Of a stretch of 64,000 nucleotides of DNA, positions 15,442 to 23,881 are shown piece by piece. The stretch lies in the IMG/VR virus record IMGVR_UViG_3300044712_002679, positions 116,406 through 180,405 of that record. One strand, given 5' to 3'. Position 1 is the stretch's first letter; each line of letters begins with the position of its first letter. The notes below the pieces were generated by a model. The model did no database searches and had not been told where the DNA came from. It saw only the letters and a list, made by a program, of their open reading frames with translations. This DNA comes from a virus. Made by a program: the position numbers and the translations under genes.

Positions 15442-15882
15442 TTATATATTAATATTAAAATCTCGTTTTATTCTAATTTTTTCTTCTCGATCAAAAATAG
15501 AATTTTTTTTATCATACAGTTTTTTTCCTTTGGCAATACAAATTGTTACTTTACAAAGACCTTGTTTATTAACAAACATATTCAAAGGAATTATTGTTAA
15601 TCCTTTTTCTTTTATTTTGACTTTAAGTTTTTTTAATTCTTTTTTTGTTAATAATAATTTTTTTGGTCGTTTTGGATCATGATTAAATTGATTTGCAAAT
15701 TCATATTCATCAATATGACAATTTACTAAATATAAATCGTTTCCTGTAAACGAACAAAAACTTTCAGATAATGATGCTTTACCCTTTCTTATTGATTTTA
15801 TTTCTGAACCCACAAGCTGAATCCCCGCTACGATTTCATCTTCTATAAAAAATTCGTAGTATGCTTTTTTATTTTTTATCAT
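15442..15882 (-). CDS. smpB: SsrA-binding protein SmpB
   Basis: aligns along full length with E. coli SmpB by eye ([24 protein letters not shown] / [40 protein letters not shown] / KVKIGVAKGKKQHDKR). Confidence 0.85.
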   Translation of the reverse strand: [146 protein letters not shown]

Positions 15883-16201
15883 ATCTGATTTTATTTATTT
15901 TTTGTAATTTTAACTTTCTATCATTTCGTAATATTAATACATTAATTTCATTAGCACCACTAACATTATCATCAATTTTTTTAACATTATCTAACATTTC
16001 AGAATTTAATATTTCAATACTATTACCCTTTAAATCATTTACTACACTACCTATTTTTGGATATGTTGGATATGTTAACGGTAATTTTGTTTTTCGGCAA
16101 AGAAATTCAAATATTAAAGTAGATCCATAATTTAAAGGATTCCAATCTTTTTCATTTGAAATAATCCATGTATTATAAAAAATATATCCATAATATTTCA
16201 T
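15869..16201 (-). CDS. hypothetical protein (110 aa)
   Basis: operon context, overlaps neighbours by 4/14 nt. Confidence 0.4.
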   Translation of the reverse strand: MKYYGYIFYNTWIISNEKDWNPLNYGSTLIFEFLCRKTKLPLTYPTYPKIGSVVNDLKGNSIEILNSEMLDNVKKIDDNVSGANEINVLILRNDRKLKLQKINKIRYDKK

Positions 16202-17169
16202 AATAAAATTCTTCCTTTATTTGGAAATTTGTAATTTTTAACTATTTCGTTATATACTTTATCGACTGTTGGATGACATTTATAAATATTTGGATCAGGA
16301 TCAATATCTTGACCCACTGTTTCTGGATTATCTAAACAAAAAGCTACAGGTGGCATAATATTATATTTACTGTTATATTTAATGCAATATTTCATATCTG
16401 ATGCACAAAATAATTTACAATCACCTAAAATATATGAATATTTATAATTTTGATATCCTTTTCTATATGGTGATCTCAATCTTGGATCAATTGAACTACC
16501 CAATTGAATAATATGTGTATCTGTTGTACCAGCCAAATGTAATATTCCGGAGTCCATTGTAATTACCATTGATGATTTATTTAAAATATGCCAAGTCTGA
16601 TGAATATTTATTTTATTAATTAGATTAAGTCCATTTTTAACATCTATATCATAAACAGGCTTCTGTATTTTATAATTTCCGTGTTCAACAGCATCTTTAC
16701 CAATTAATACTATCGGAATATTAATTTTGTTTATTTCATTTACTAGTTCTTGCCATCGTTCTTTTTCCCAACTTCTAGATGGCCAAGATTTAACAGGATG
16801 CATCACAATATAATTTTCTGGTAAATTAGATATCTCTTCATATTCATCAGGAAAAAATTCAATTTTCATTTCTTCGGGTAATAATTGAAATCCGGCACTA
16901 ATAGAATGAATTTGTCTAATATCTGTTCTAGTGTGAAGAAATTTATCGGGTCTAAAAGTTTCAATAAATAAATCACCATCATCTGGTGTTTGGTTATCAG
17001 TCAATATTATATATGGATAATTTTTAAGTAATTCTTTTTGATATGTGTAAACATAAATATTTTGATCATAGATTTCACTAAGATATTTTATTGTTGGAAT
17101 AGCACATAATGTATCACCGACACTTTGAGAACCAATTAAAACTAATATTTTCATTCTAATTATATACAT
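16198..17169 (-). CDS. glycosyltransferase family 9 (ADP-heptose:LPS heptosyltransferase-like)
   Basis: MKILVLIGSQSVGDTL N-terminus and MDSGILHLAGTTDTHIIQLGSS match WaaC/WaaF signature blocks. Confidence 0.75.
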   Translation of the reverse strand: MYIIRMKILVLIGSQSVGDTLCAIPTIKYLSEIYDQNIYVYTYQKELLKNYPYIILTDNQTPDDGDLFIETFRPDKFLHTRTDIRQIHSISAGFQLLPEEMKIEFFPDEYEEISNLPENYIVMHPVKSWPSRSWEKERWQELVNEINKINIPIVLIGKDAVEHGNYKIQKPVYDIDVKNGLNLINKINIHQTWHILNKSSMVITMDSGILHLAGTTDTHIIQLGSSIDPRLRSPYRKGYQNYKYSYILGDCKLFCASDMKYCIKYNSKYNIMPPVAFCLDNPETVGQDIDPDPNIYKCHPTVDKVYNEIVKNYKFPNKGRILL

Positions 17170-17197
17170 TTTATAGTTTAAGTTTTAATAAAAATTG

Positions 17198-17205
17198 TAT
17201 ATTTG
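17198..17205 (+). promoter_or_regulatory. TATATTTG (TAnnTTTG) promoter-like element upstream of 17254
   Basis: same consensus as other instances. Confidence 0.4.
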
Positions 17206-17253
17206 CATAAAAAATTTTTTCATTTTTAATATATATCTAAAAAAAACAAAAAT

Positions 17254-17925
17254 ATGGCTAAATTATTAAAATATGAATCTTTTTTGAATGAAAAAAAATT
17301 GAATTTAGATAACACATATGAATATTTGAAAAAAGTTACTAAAAAATGTAATTATGAACAATCCCAACATTTTTATATGAAAGAACCAATTGAAATTGGA
17401 ACATGTAAAAGTGGTAAATTTTATTTAAATTATTTAAGTGTTAATTATTATGATGATCATTTAGCATTTTGGATTATATATAATGAAAGACCAGATAAAT
17501 TATTTGGCACATCTTGGGATTCATCCGTAATATGGGAAGAAGAAGGTAAATTGAATTATATTGATGAAAACATCAAAGAAGAATTTAAATTATATCCAAA
17601 TTTTATGGAAATTATTGCAGAAAAAATCAAATCATATGATGATTTAGATAACTGGTGTAAATATTTAGTTGATCTTGGTTTAAAATCTAGAAAATATCAT
17701 CGTTGGGCAATATCAGCATCTATAAAAGATAAATTAACATGGGATGAAAGAATAGAATGGACAAAAAATCAAATTGAAATTGACAAATTATTGAATCGTC
17801 ATTCTAAACCTGTTGAAGAAAAACGATTGAAAGATATGTTAACTTTGGGTGAAGTTGAATATGATAAAAAAATGAATAAACAGAATAAAGAAATTGAAGA
17901 TATTTTAAAAGAAATGGATTTATAA
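17254..17925 (+). CDS. hypothetical protein (223 aa)
   Basis: isolated plus-strand ORF. Confidence 0.5.
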   Translation: MAKLLKYESFLNEKKLNLDNTYEYLKKVTKKCNYEQSQHFYMKEPIEIGTCKSGKFYLNYLSVNYYDDHLAFWIIYNERPDKLFGTSWDSSVIWEEEGKLNYIDENIKEEFKLYPNFMEIIAEKIKSYDDLDNWCKYLVDLGLKSRKYHRWAISASIKDKLTWDERIEWTKNQIEIDKLLNRHSKPVEEKRLKDMLTLGEVEYDKKMNKQNKEIEDILKEMDL

Positions 17926-18615
17926 TAAGTGACATATTTTTTTAGCTGCTTCAACACAAGACAATACATCATGTTCACAATAGTTTTTAATTCTTTCTAA
18001 TTCACCACGTTCCCAATAACTAGTGTGGACTTCTTTTCCACACATATCAGTTTTTGGACTTTCGATATTTAAACAATATAACATATCATCGAATGATGAT
18101 GTTTCTAATGTTCCTATACTTCGCCACACTTCAGATAAATCGAATACTGGCATATCCCATGGTTTAACATCAAATGTTTTTAATATCTTAGGTATTTCTA
18201 AACCATATGACAACATTTTTTTATTCATCCAGGGAATGTCAAATCCCTTTATATAATATCCACATAGTTGATATAAAGTTTTATTTGCGTTAGAAAAAAT
18301 CGAATGTGATTTTTTCATGATTTTTTCTTCATCATCATCATAACATGATATGATTTTAACATTTCCTTTTGTTGCTGTTGCAATTGATACACAAACAGTT
18401 TTACCAAATTCAGGCATAATACCTGCCTTTTTAATATATACTATATTTGGATCACCTGCCCATTCAGCACTTCCTGATGCAGATGATGCCCTACGTCTTT
18501 CTAACTTATTCATAAATAAATCATATCCCCGTACATCATTTACTTTTAATGTTTCTAAATCGGGATATTTGCCGACAGTTTCTATATCGAAATATATTAA
18601 TTCACCATAATTCAT
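17920..18615 (-). CDS. DnaQ-like DEDDh 3'-5' exonuclease
   Basis: Exo I YFDIETVG, Exo II GFDIPW, Exo III YCEHDVLSCVEA. Confidence 0.6.
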   Translation of the reverse strand: MNYGELIYFDIETVGKYPDLETLKVNDVRGYDLFMNKLERRRASSASGSAEWAGDPNIVYIKKAGIMPEFGKTVCVSIATATKGNVKIISCYDDDEEKIMKKSHSIFSNANKTLYQLCGYYIKGFDIPWMNKKMLSYGLEIPKILKTFDVKPWDMPVFDLSEVWRSIGTLETSSFDDMLYCLNIESPKTDMCGKEVHTSYWERGELERIKNYCEHDVLSCVEAAKKICHLL

Positions 18616-18644
18616 ATTTTATTATAGTGAAAAAAATAAAAAAG

Positions 18645-18680
18645 GTTAAAAAAAAGAACCTTTCGGTTCTTTCTTAATCA
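18645..18680. terminator. intrinsic terminator hairpin AGAACC-TTTC-GGTTCT
   Basis: flanked by A8 and TTTCTT. Confidence 0.55.
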
Positions 18681-18976
18681 AATAATAAATCTTTTTATGT
18701 TATATTGTGTTCAAGATTATACAGCTTTATAATTTGATCATCTGTTACCCGATTTGGATCAAATGGTGTATCAAAACCATATTTCATCATCAACCACATC
18801 TGATCATCATTAGTTAAATTATTCCACCAAAGTCACGATAAAATTGCTTATGTCTTTTATATCGCACAATTCTCCTTTTTATAATAGGGATTATGTCGTA
18901 ATAGAATATACCAATTAACAATATTGTAAAAAATATTATTAGCATAATACTAAAAAAATGCATAATTTGTTCCATA

Positions 18977-19564
18977 TTATTTAATATATGCTAAACATTT
19001 GTTTTTTGCTTCTGTAAGTTCAATGAATTTATCTTGACTACCACCTTTATCAGGATGATATATTTTAGATAATTCACGATATTTAGACTGAACATCATCT
19101 TTAGTGGCATCAGTAGTCAACCCCAAGAAATCAAATGATTCTCTTGGTACTAAACTATTAAAGAATAAGGATGCCAAAAAACCGAAATGTGCAAATGGAT
19201 CAAATCCATCAAATGGATCATTCCATCTTCGATATTCTTCCCGTCTACGTTGATTTTCTTCTTTTTCTCTACGTCTACGTTCCATTTCTGTTGGAAACAA
19301 ATCTTCACGCATTTTAACTATAACTGATGCATAAAAATAATTCCAAAGTTTTTCTGGCAATTGACCAGCAGTTTTTTTATCAATACCATCCCATTTCATT
19401 CGAATTGCACGAACAGCATTTTCGAATCCTTTGATATTTTGATAAGAATTTCCAACTTCAAGTAGTGTTAGAAAATCTTGTGTTAAATCAGCAATAAATT
19501 CATTATGCTTAAAATTAACACCATGTAATAAATTGTACTTTTTTTGATAATCTAATGTTTTCAT
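18977..19564 (-). CDS. J-domain (DnaJ-like) protein, J domain C-terminal
   Basis: DVQSKYRELSKIYHPDKGGSQDKFIELTEAKN (HPD motif); start moved to ATG 19564 (track start is a TTG). Confidence 0.6.
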   Translation of the reverse strand: MKTLDYQKKYNLLHGVNFKHNEFIADLTQDFLTLLEVGNSYQNIKGFENAVRAIRMKWDGIDKKTAGQLPEKLWNYFYASVIVKMREDLFPTEMERRRREKEENQRRREEYRRWNDPFDGFDPFAHFGFLASLFFNSLVPRESFDFLGLTTDATKDDVQSKYRELSKIYHPDKGGSQDKFIELTEAKNKCLAYIK

Positions 19565-19588
19565 TGTTGTTGTTTTTAAATGATGACA

Positions 19589-19596
19589 CAAAGATA
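19589..19596 (-). promoter_or_regulatory. TATCTTTG promoter-like element (minus strand) + AAAAACAACAACA leader before ATG 19564
   Basis: reverse complement reads TATCTTTGTGTCATCATTTAAAAACAACAACAATG. Confidence 0.55.
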
Positions 19597-19639
19597 GTAA
19601 TAATTTTTTTAATATTACCAAAATATTGTAGTTTTTTCA

Positions 19640-19685
19640 AAAAAAAAGGAAGGCTATACAGTTTAAGCCTTCCCAAAAATTTTAA
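19640..19685. terminator. intrinsic terminator hairpin GGAAGGCT...AGCCTTCC
   Basis: 8-bp inverted repeat flanked by A9 and AAAAATTTT. Confidence 0.55.
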
Positions 19686-19927
19686 GATATTATTTTATTC
19701 AATGATCAATTGAATATGGGTCAATATTCTTAATAAACCCTTACGTTTGATTAGGTTACAAACCTTTAAAAAAACCGTTTCTCCACTATATTTTTCATTA
19801 ACGTTGAAAAACATCTCCAAACTAGAACCCAAAAAATCATACGACTGTCAAATTAAGATTATGATCCGATTAACGTTGAACGATCTTAATTTATATAATA
19901 TATAATGAAGTTAAAAAAAAGTTTATT

Positions 19928-20329
19928 TTATTTACAATAATAGCAAAAATTATAACCTGAATTAACCCGTCTAGTCAAACATTTTTGACACCATTCATTA
20001 TTTCCTTTGCGCAATTCTATTTCCGATTTAGTTAAAGCAACATTATAATTTTGTTTTCGATTGGTTATTTTATTTAATTTTGGATTATATTTTTTAATCA
20101 AGTCATATTCTAAATCAAGCATATCTGTTTGATTTTCACATATTTTTATTACTTCAAAAATCAAATCCTTTCCATTAGCTTTATGCCAACGAAATCTATC
20201 ATTTGGAACTTGGACTGTTGTACCAATATAGACAAGTTCTTTTGTTTTTTTATCAAGACCTTTATAAATATAAAAACCTTTTGAAAAAATAAGATTTTTA
20301 TTTTTTGCACACAATAAATCAGATTCCAT
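19928..20329 (-). CDS. GIY-YIG endonuclease with C-terminal Cys4 zinc finger
   Basis: GFYIYKG...ELVYIGTT...R...H and CQKC...CYYCK. Confidence 0.7.
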   Translation of the reverse strand: MESDLLCAKNKNLIFSKGFYIYKGLDKKTKELVYIGTTVQVPNDRFRWHKANGKDLIFEVIKICENQTDMLDLEYDLIKKYNPKLNKITNRKQNYNVALTKSEIELRKGNNEWCQKCLTRRVNSGYNFCYYCK

Positions 20330-20706
20330 TATCCAAGTTTTCTTAAATAAATTAATTGTAGTGGACTAACTTTACCATATTTTTTCAATGTTGCTAATAT
20401 ACTTTTGTAGAATTTTCTGTCATTTACTGATAAACGACTATTTAGATCATATAACTGTTTGAAATGTGTATAGCTAACAGAAACCCAATCATCAGGTACT
20501 TTGTCCAACTTATTATCTAAATTGTTGTAAATTTTAGTCACAGCACCAAAAGATGCTTGTTTTTTACCATTATCTGTCGCAATTTTTATCGCTTTAATCC
20601 ACAATTCTGGTTCTTCAATATGTCGCATATCCTGCATCATAAAAAATTCTTTTGGATATACAGGTGATTTTACATTTTCGTTAAATTCAACAAATTTGGT
20701 TTTCAT
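20329..20706 (-). CDS. hypothetical protein (125 aa)
   Basis: 1-nt overlap with downstream GIY-YIG gene. Confidence 0.45.
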   Translation of the reverse strand: MKTKFVEFNENVKSPVYPKEFFMMQDMRHIEEPELWIKAIKIATDNGKKQASFGAVTKIYNNLDNKLDKVPDDWVSVSYTHFKQLYDLNSRLSVNDRKFYKSILATLKKYGKVSPLQLIYLRKLG

Positions 20707-20878
20707 ATACCTATATATATTAAAAAATTATTTAATAAAATCGGATGTGTTTCTATGTTCCCAAAATTTTCTACATTTAACAGCAGTATTCTTTTTTTCG
20801 AGTTTACAGTTCCCATATTCTGCACATTTTCTACACAAGATGATGTATGATGTATTTTTTTCAGTTTTCATATACCAA

Positions 20879-21616
20879 TTATTTTAATCTTGTTATAGTT
20901 ATAATAACACCACCAACACTAGTTCCACTTGTTTTGAATGCACCCCTTGGAATATTTTCGATATTAGCATTAACTTCACTTAGCCAATTTCTAAATTCGG
21001 TTTCTTTTTTATTATTTGAATTTTTCCAATGTTCAGATGCGATTGATACCAATTTGCCACCACATTTCAATAATTCATACATATGTTTTACGTGGTCGAT
21101 ATCTTGATTGGCTGTGAATGGTGGATTTGCTATAATTTTATCATATACAGGTTGATTCGGAATCATTAAAAAATCTCCAACTTCATGATGAAAACCTTTT
21201 TTATTTAGTATTAATGAATTTGCTTCCATCAATTCAATTGCAAGAACTTGACAATCAATATTTTTTCTTAATATCGCTTCGATTATAGCACCTTGACCTG
21301 CACTAGGTTCTAATACAATATCATTTTCTTTTAAATCTGCCAAATTCACTAATTTATCTGCAAGTTCACTTGGTGTTTCAAAAAATTGATATTCTTTTTT
21401 TAAATTACGTTTTTCACCATTGGATATTTGATTAAGTAAATCAGTAGGATCAGAATTAAACACAAACCCAAACGTTTTACCACCAACCCATTTACCACCA
21501 ATCAAATTAAGTGATTTTGCTACATCTTGGTATAATTTTCTTTCGAGTTGAACATTTGGTAATTTAACAACATTACCATCAACGGTACATTGAATTAATA
21601 CTTCTTCTTTTGTCAT
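20879..21616 (-). CDS. DNA methyltransferase, N6-adenine (or N4-cytosine) type
   Basis: motif I VLEPSAGQGAII and motif IV IIANPPF. Confidence 0.7.
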   Translation of the reverse strand: MTKEEVLIQCTVDGNVVKLPNVQLERKLYQDVAKSLNLIGGKWVGGKTFGFVFNSDPTDLLNQISNGEKRNLKKEYQFFETPSELADKLVNLADLKENDIVLEPSAGQGAIIEAILRKNIDCQVLAIELMEANSLILNKKGFHHEVGDFLMIPNQPVYDKIIANPPFTANQDIDHVKHMYELLKCGGKLVSIASEHWKNSNNKKETEFRNWLSEVNANIENIPRGAFKTSGTSVGGVIITITRLK

Positions 21617-21651
21617 AAAATTGTTGTTTTAAATGATTGTGCAAAGATAGT

Positions 21652-21659
21652 TAATTTTT
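21652..21659 (-). promoter_or_regulatory. TATCTTTG promoter-like element (minus strand) before ATG 21616
   Basis: reverse complement TATCTTTGCACAATCATTTAAAACAACAATTTTATG. Confidence 0.55.
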
Positions 21660-21670
21660 TATTAAATAAC

Positions 21671-21702
21671 AAAAAAAAAGAGGATTTAAATCCCCTTTTT
21701 TA
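21671..21702. terminator. intrinsic terminator hairpin GGATTT-AAATCC with flanking A/T runs
   Basis: follows stop of 21700-23271. Confidence 0.5.
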
Positions 21703-23271
21703 ATCTAATGTTGTGTATTCAAACCCATCTTTGGTTTTAAAGAATACTATATGTTGAAATTTGCCTAATTTATTTATAATTCCGTGTGCATTAATCCAAG
21801 TAGTTAAACCCTTATTATAATTTAATCGTAATTGTGTAGATGTTCCAACACAACAACTTCCAGAAACCCTAGAAATTGCGTGTGTGTGTCCAACCACATT
21901 TTTAACCGACAATTTTGAAAATTGATTCATTCCACCACGACTGCCAGATGCACCTAAATTTCCATGCATTGAACACAAATATCCATTAACAACAATATTA
22001 TCATTATATGTTAAACAATGAAAATTTGGATATTTTTTATTAATAACATAAGGTACGATACCATTTGGTGCTTCACCTTTTAATATAACACTAGCATATT
22101 CCATATAAGGAATTGCATTTTTTAGTGAATTCATTTTTCTCCAATCAGTTTCACGCAAAAATCTATCAACATGTTCATCATGATTTGATTTCACTATATA
22201 AACATCATAATCTTTTATTTGTGATAACCATTCTAACATTTCATCCAATTCTTTTTGAAGCGAATTTGATCCGTTCATTTCCATTTCGTGTTGTAAAAAT
22301 GGATCATTTGTGTTATGATGTGTTATAGAATATGAATCCATTATATCATGAATAAACAATGTTTTTGGATATAATTTTTGACATAAATCATTTAATGTTT
22401 TATCAATAATTTCAGTATTTACACATTTTGTATGAATATCACCCATTATCAACGCATCAACAGTTTCAATTCTTTTAACAACACCATTATTTACATGATA
22501 AAACAAATCAATAAATTCGCCAGTATCTTTTGCGCTTACTTGTCTAAAGAAATAAGTATCTTCATCTTTTATTTCAACAATAGCAAACCCACTCGAAAAA
22601 TGAAATTCCCCTTTTTTACCAGCCTTTGTATCAGAAAAATTTTGTTTTGTAACTGCACCAGTAGTAAACATTAACTTTGGTTTATATTCATTTATAACTG
22701 GAACTGTTTTTAATTCTATTTTTGGATGTCCAACAACACAAGAATAATCACCTGTCATACCTTCAAGTCCCATTAATGGTGAATAAGCTGTTGGTTGTAT
22801 TTTAACATCACCTAGTACTTGTATTGATTTATTTAAGTTGTGCCTATTTAACGTTAAATGTGGTACAATTTTTTCATCCCACCAATCATTATCAGTATTT
22901 GTATTTATACTTGTTGGGTTGTGATAACGAAAAGGAATTACCAAAATTTCAGCATCAAGAACATCTTTATATGATAACATATTATTCCATAACCCAATAT
23001 TTACACTTGTTGCATTTTGTGCAGAAGTAATAAAATAATATTTTTTTGATTTATCGTGTTGTTTTAATTTTGCAAGTTTTATTTGTTCAGGTATAATAAT
23101 TACTTTTTCTTTTATTCCTAATTTTTCTGAACACCATCTTCTAAGTGTTCTTTCGGATTTATTTGTAAAATCCATAAGTATTTTCATCCTATCATCCCAA
23201 GTTTTTGTTCTATCCCAATATATACTACGAATTTTTTCAATATCTTCATCTTTTAGGTCTTTAAATTTCAT
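21700..23271 (-). CDS. calcineurin-like metallophosphoesterase with N-terminal HTH-like region
   Basis: LIMGDIHTK (GDxH), VKSNHDEH (GNHD/E), GHTH blocks in C-terminal half. Confidence 0.65.
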   Translation of the reverse strand: MKFKDLKDEDIEKIRSIYWDRTKTWDDRMKILMDFTNKSERTLRRWCSEKLGIKEKVIIIPEQIKLAKLKQHDKSKKYYFITSAQNATSVNIGLWNNMLSYKDVLDAEILVIPFRYHNPTSINTNTDNDWWDEKIVPHLTLNRHNLNKSIQVLGDVKIQPTAYSPLMGLEGMTGDYSCVVGHPKIELKTVPVINEYKPKLMFTTGAVTKQNFSDTKAGKKGEFHFSSGFAIVEIKDEDTYFFRQVSAKDTGEFIDLFYHVNNGVVKRIETVDALIMGDIHTKCVNTEIIDKTLNDLCQKLYPKTLFIHDIMDSYSITHHNTNDPFLQHEMEMNGSNSLQKELDEMLEWLSQIKDYDVYIVKSNHDEHVDRFLRETDWRKMNSLKNAIPYMEYASVILKGEAPNGIVPYVINKKYPNFHCLTYNDNIVVNGYLCSMHGNLGASGSRGGMNQFSKLSVKNVVGHTHAISRVSGSCCVGTSTQLRLNYNKGLTTWINAHGIINKLGKFQHIVFFKTKDGFEYTTLD

Positions 23272-23326
23272 ATTTAAATTTTTTTTTTTCTTATATAATA
23301 TATTTTAAATTATTTGTTTAATAATA

Positions 23327-23761
23327 TTATGTTAATTGTTGCTTATGATTCATCAACTTATAAAAATCATATTCAAAAATCATATTTTTTGGTATTGAAA
23401 AAGTTGAAAACATGTCAGCCATTTCTTGACACGAATAATTATTTAAATTATCACCAGTACCAGAATATGCTACAATAAATAGAAATTTTAATCCATTTTC
23501 ACTTTCAGCATATTCATATAATTCTTTAATTTGTTTAATTATAAAATCTTTTGAAATTGATGGATGTATTTTTTTTGTTAAATCTTTTGTTATAATTGCA
23601 TAAGAATTACCTTGTAATCCTGATGCTTGCCCGTAAATTGCCCCACATCTTAATCTTGCAAACAAAGCGGATCCTTTCCCGTGGCGACCTTGATTATTAG
23701 ATCCAAATACAAAAATTTGATTTGGTTTAATATTTTTTATTTTTCCTTTATAAACTAACAT
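23327..23761 (-). CDS. LOG/SLOG-like Rossmann-fold protein (tentative)
   Basis: IFVFGSNNQGRHGKGSA ... GLQGNSYAII ... YSGTGDN pattern. Confidence 0.35.
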   Translation of the reverse strand: MLVYKGKIKNIKPNQIFVFGSNNQGRHGKGSALFARLRCGAIYGQASGLQGNSYAIITKDLTKKIHPSISKDFIIKQIKELYEYAESENGLKFLFIVAYSGTGDNLNNYSCQEMADMFSTFSIPKNMIFEYDFYKLMNHKQQLT

Positions 23762-23826
23762 AATATTATTTAATTCAATATTTTAAAAAAGTTTAACATT
23801 TATTGTACGATATTTAAAAACTTTTT

Positions 23827-23834
23827 TATATTTG
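23827..23834 (+). promoter_or_regulatory. TATATTTG promoter-like element upstream of 23882
   Basis: TAnnTTTG consensus. Confidence 0.4.
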
Positions 23835-23881
23835 TCCACTAATATAGAATATTAATAATTTAAAAATTCAAAATAAACAAT

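Noticed and set aside
14917-15600. 227-aa plus-strand ORF
   Set aside because: It is antisense to the LAGLIDADG endonuclease gene and the smpB 3' region. Its translation is low-complexity, rich in F, I and L, as expected from reading AT-rich antisense. The minus-strand genes have recognisable motifs.
19619-19621. Track start of ORF 18977-19621 (M from TTG)
   Set aside because: The codon at 19619-19621 is TTG. An in-frame ATG at 19564 is preceded by the conserved TATCTTTG...AAAAACAACAACA cassette, so the CDS was shortened to 18977-19564.
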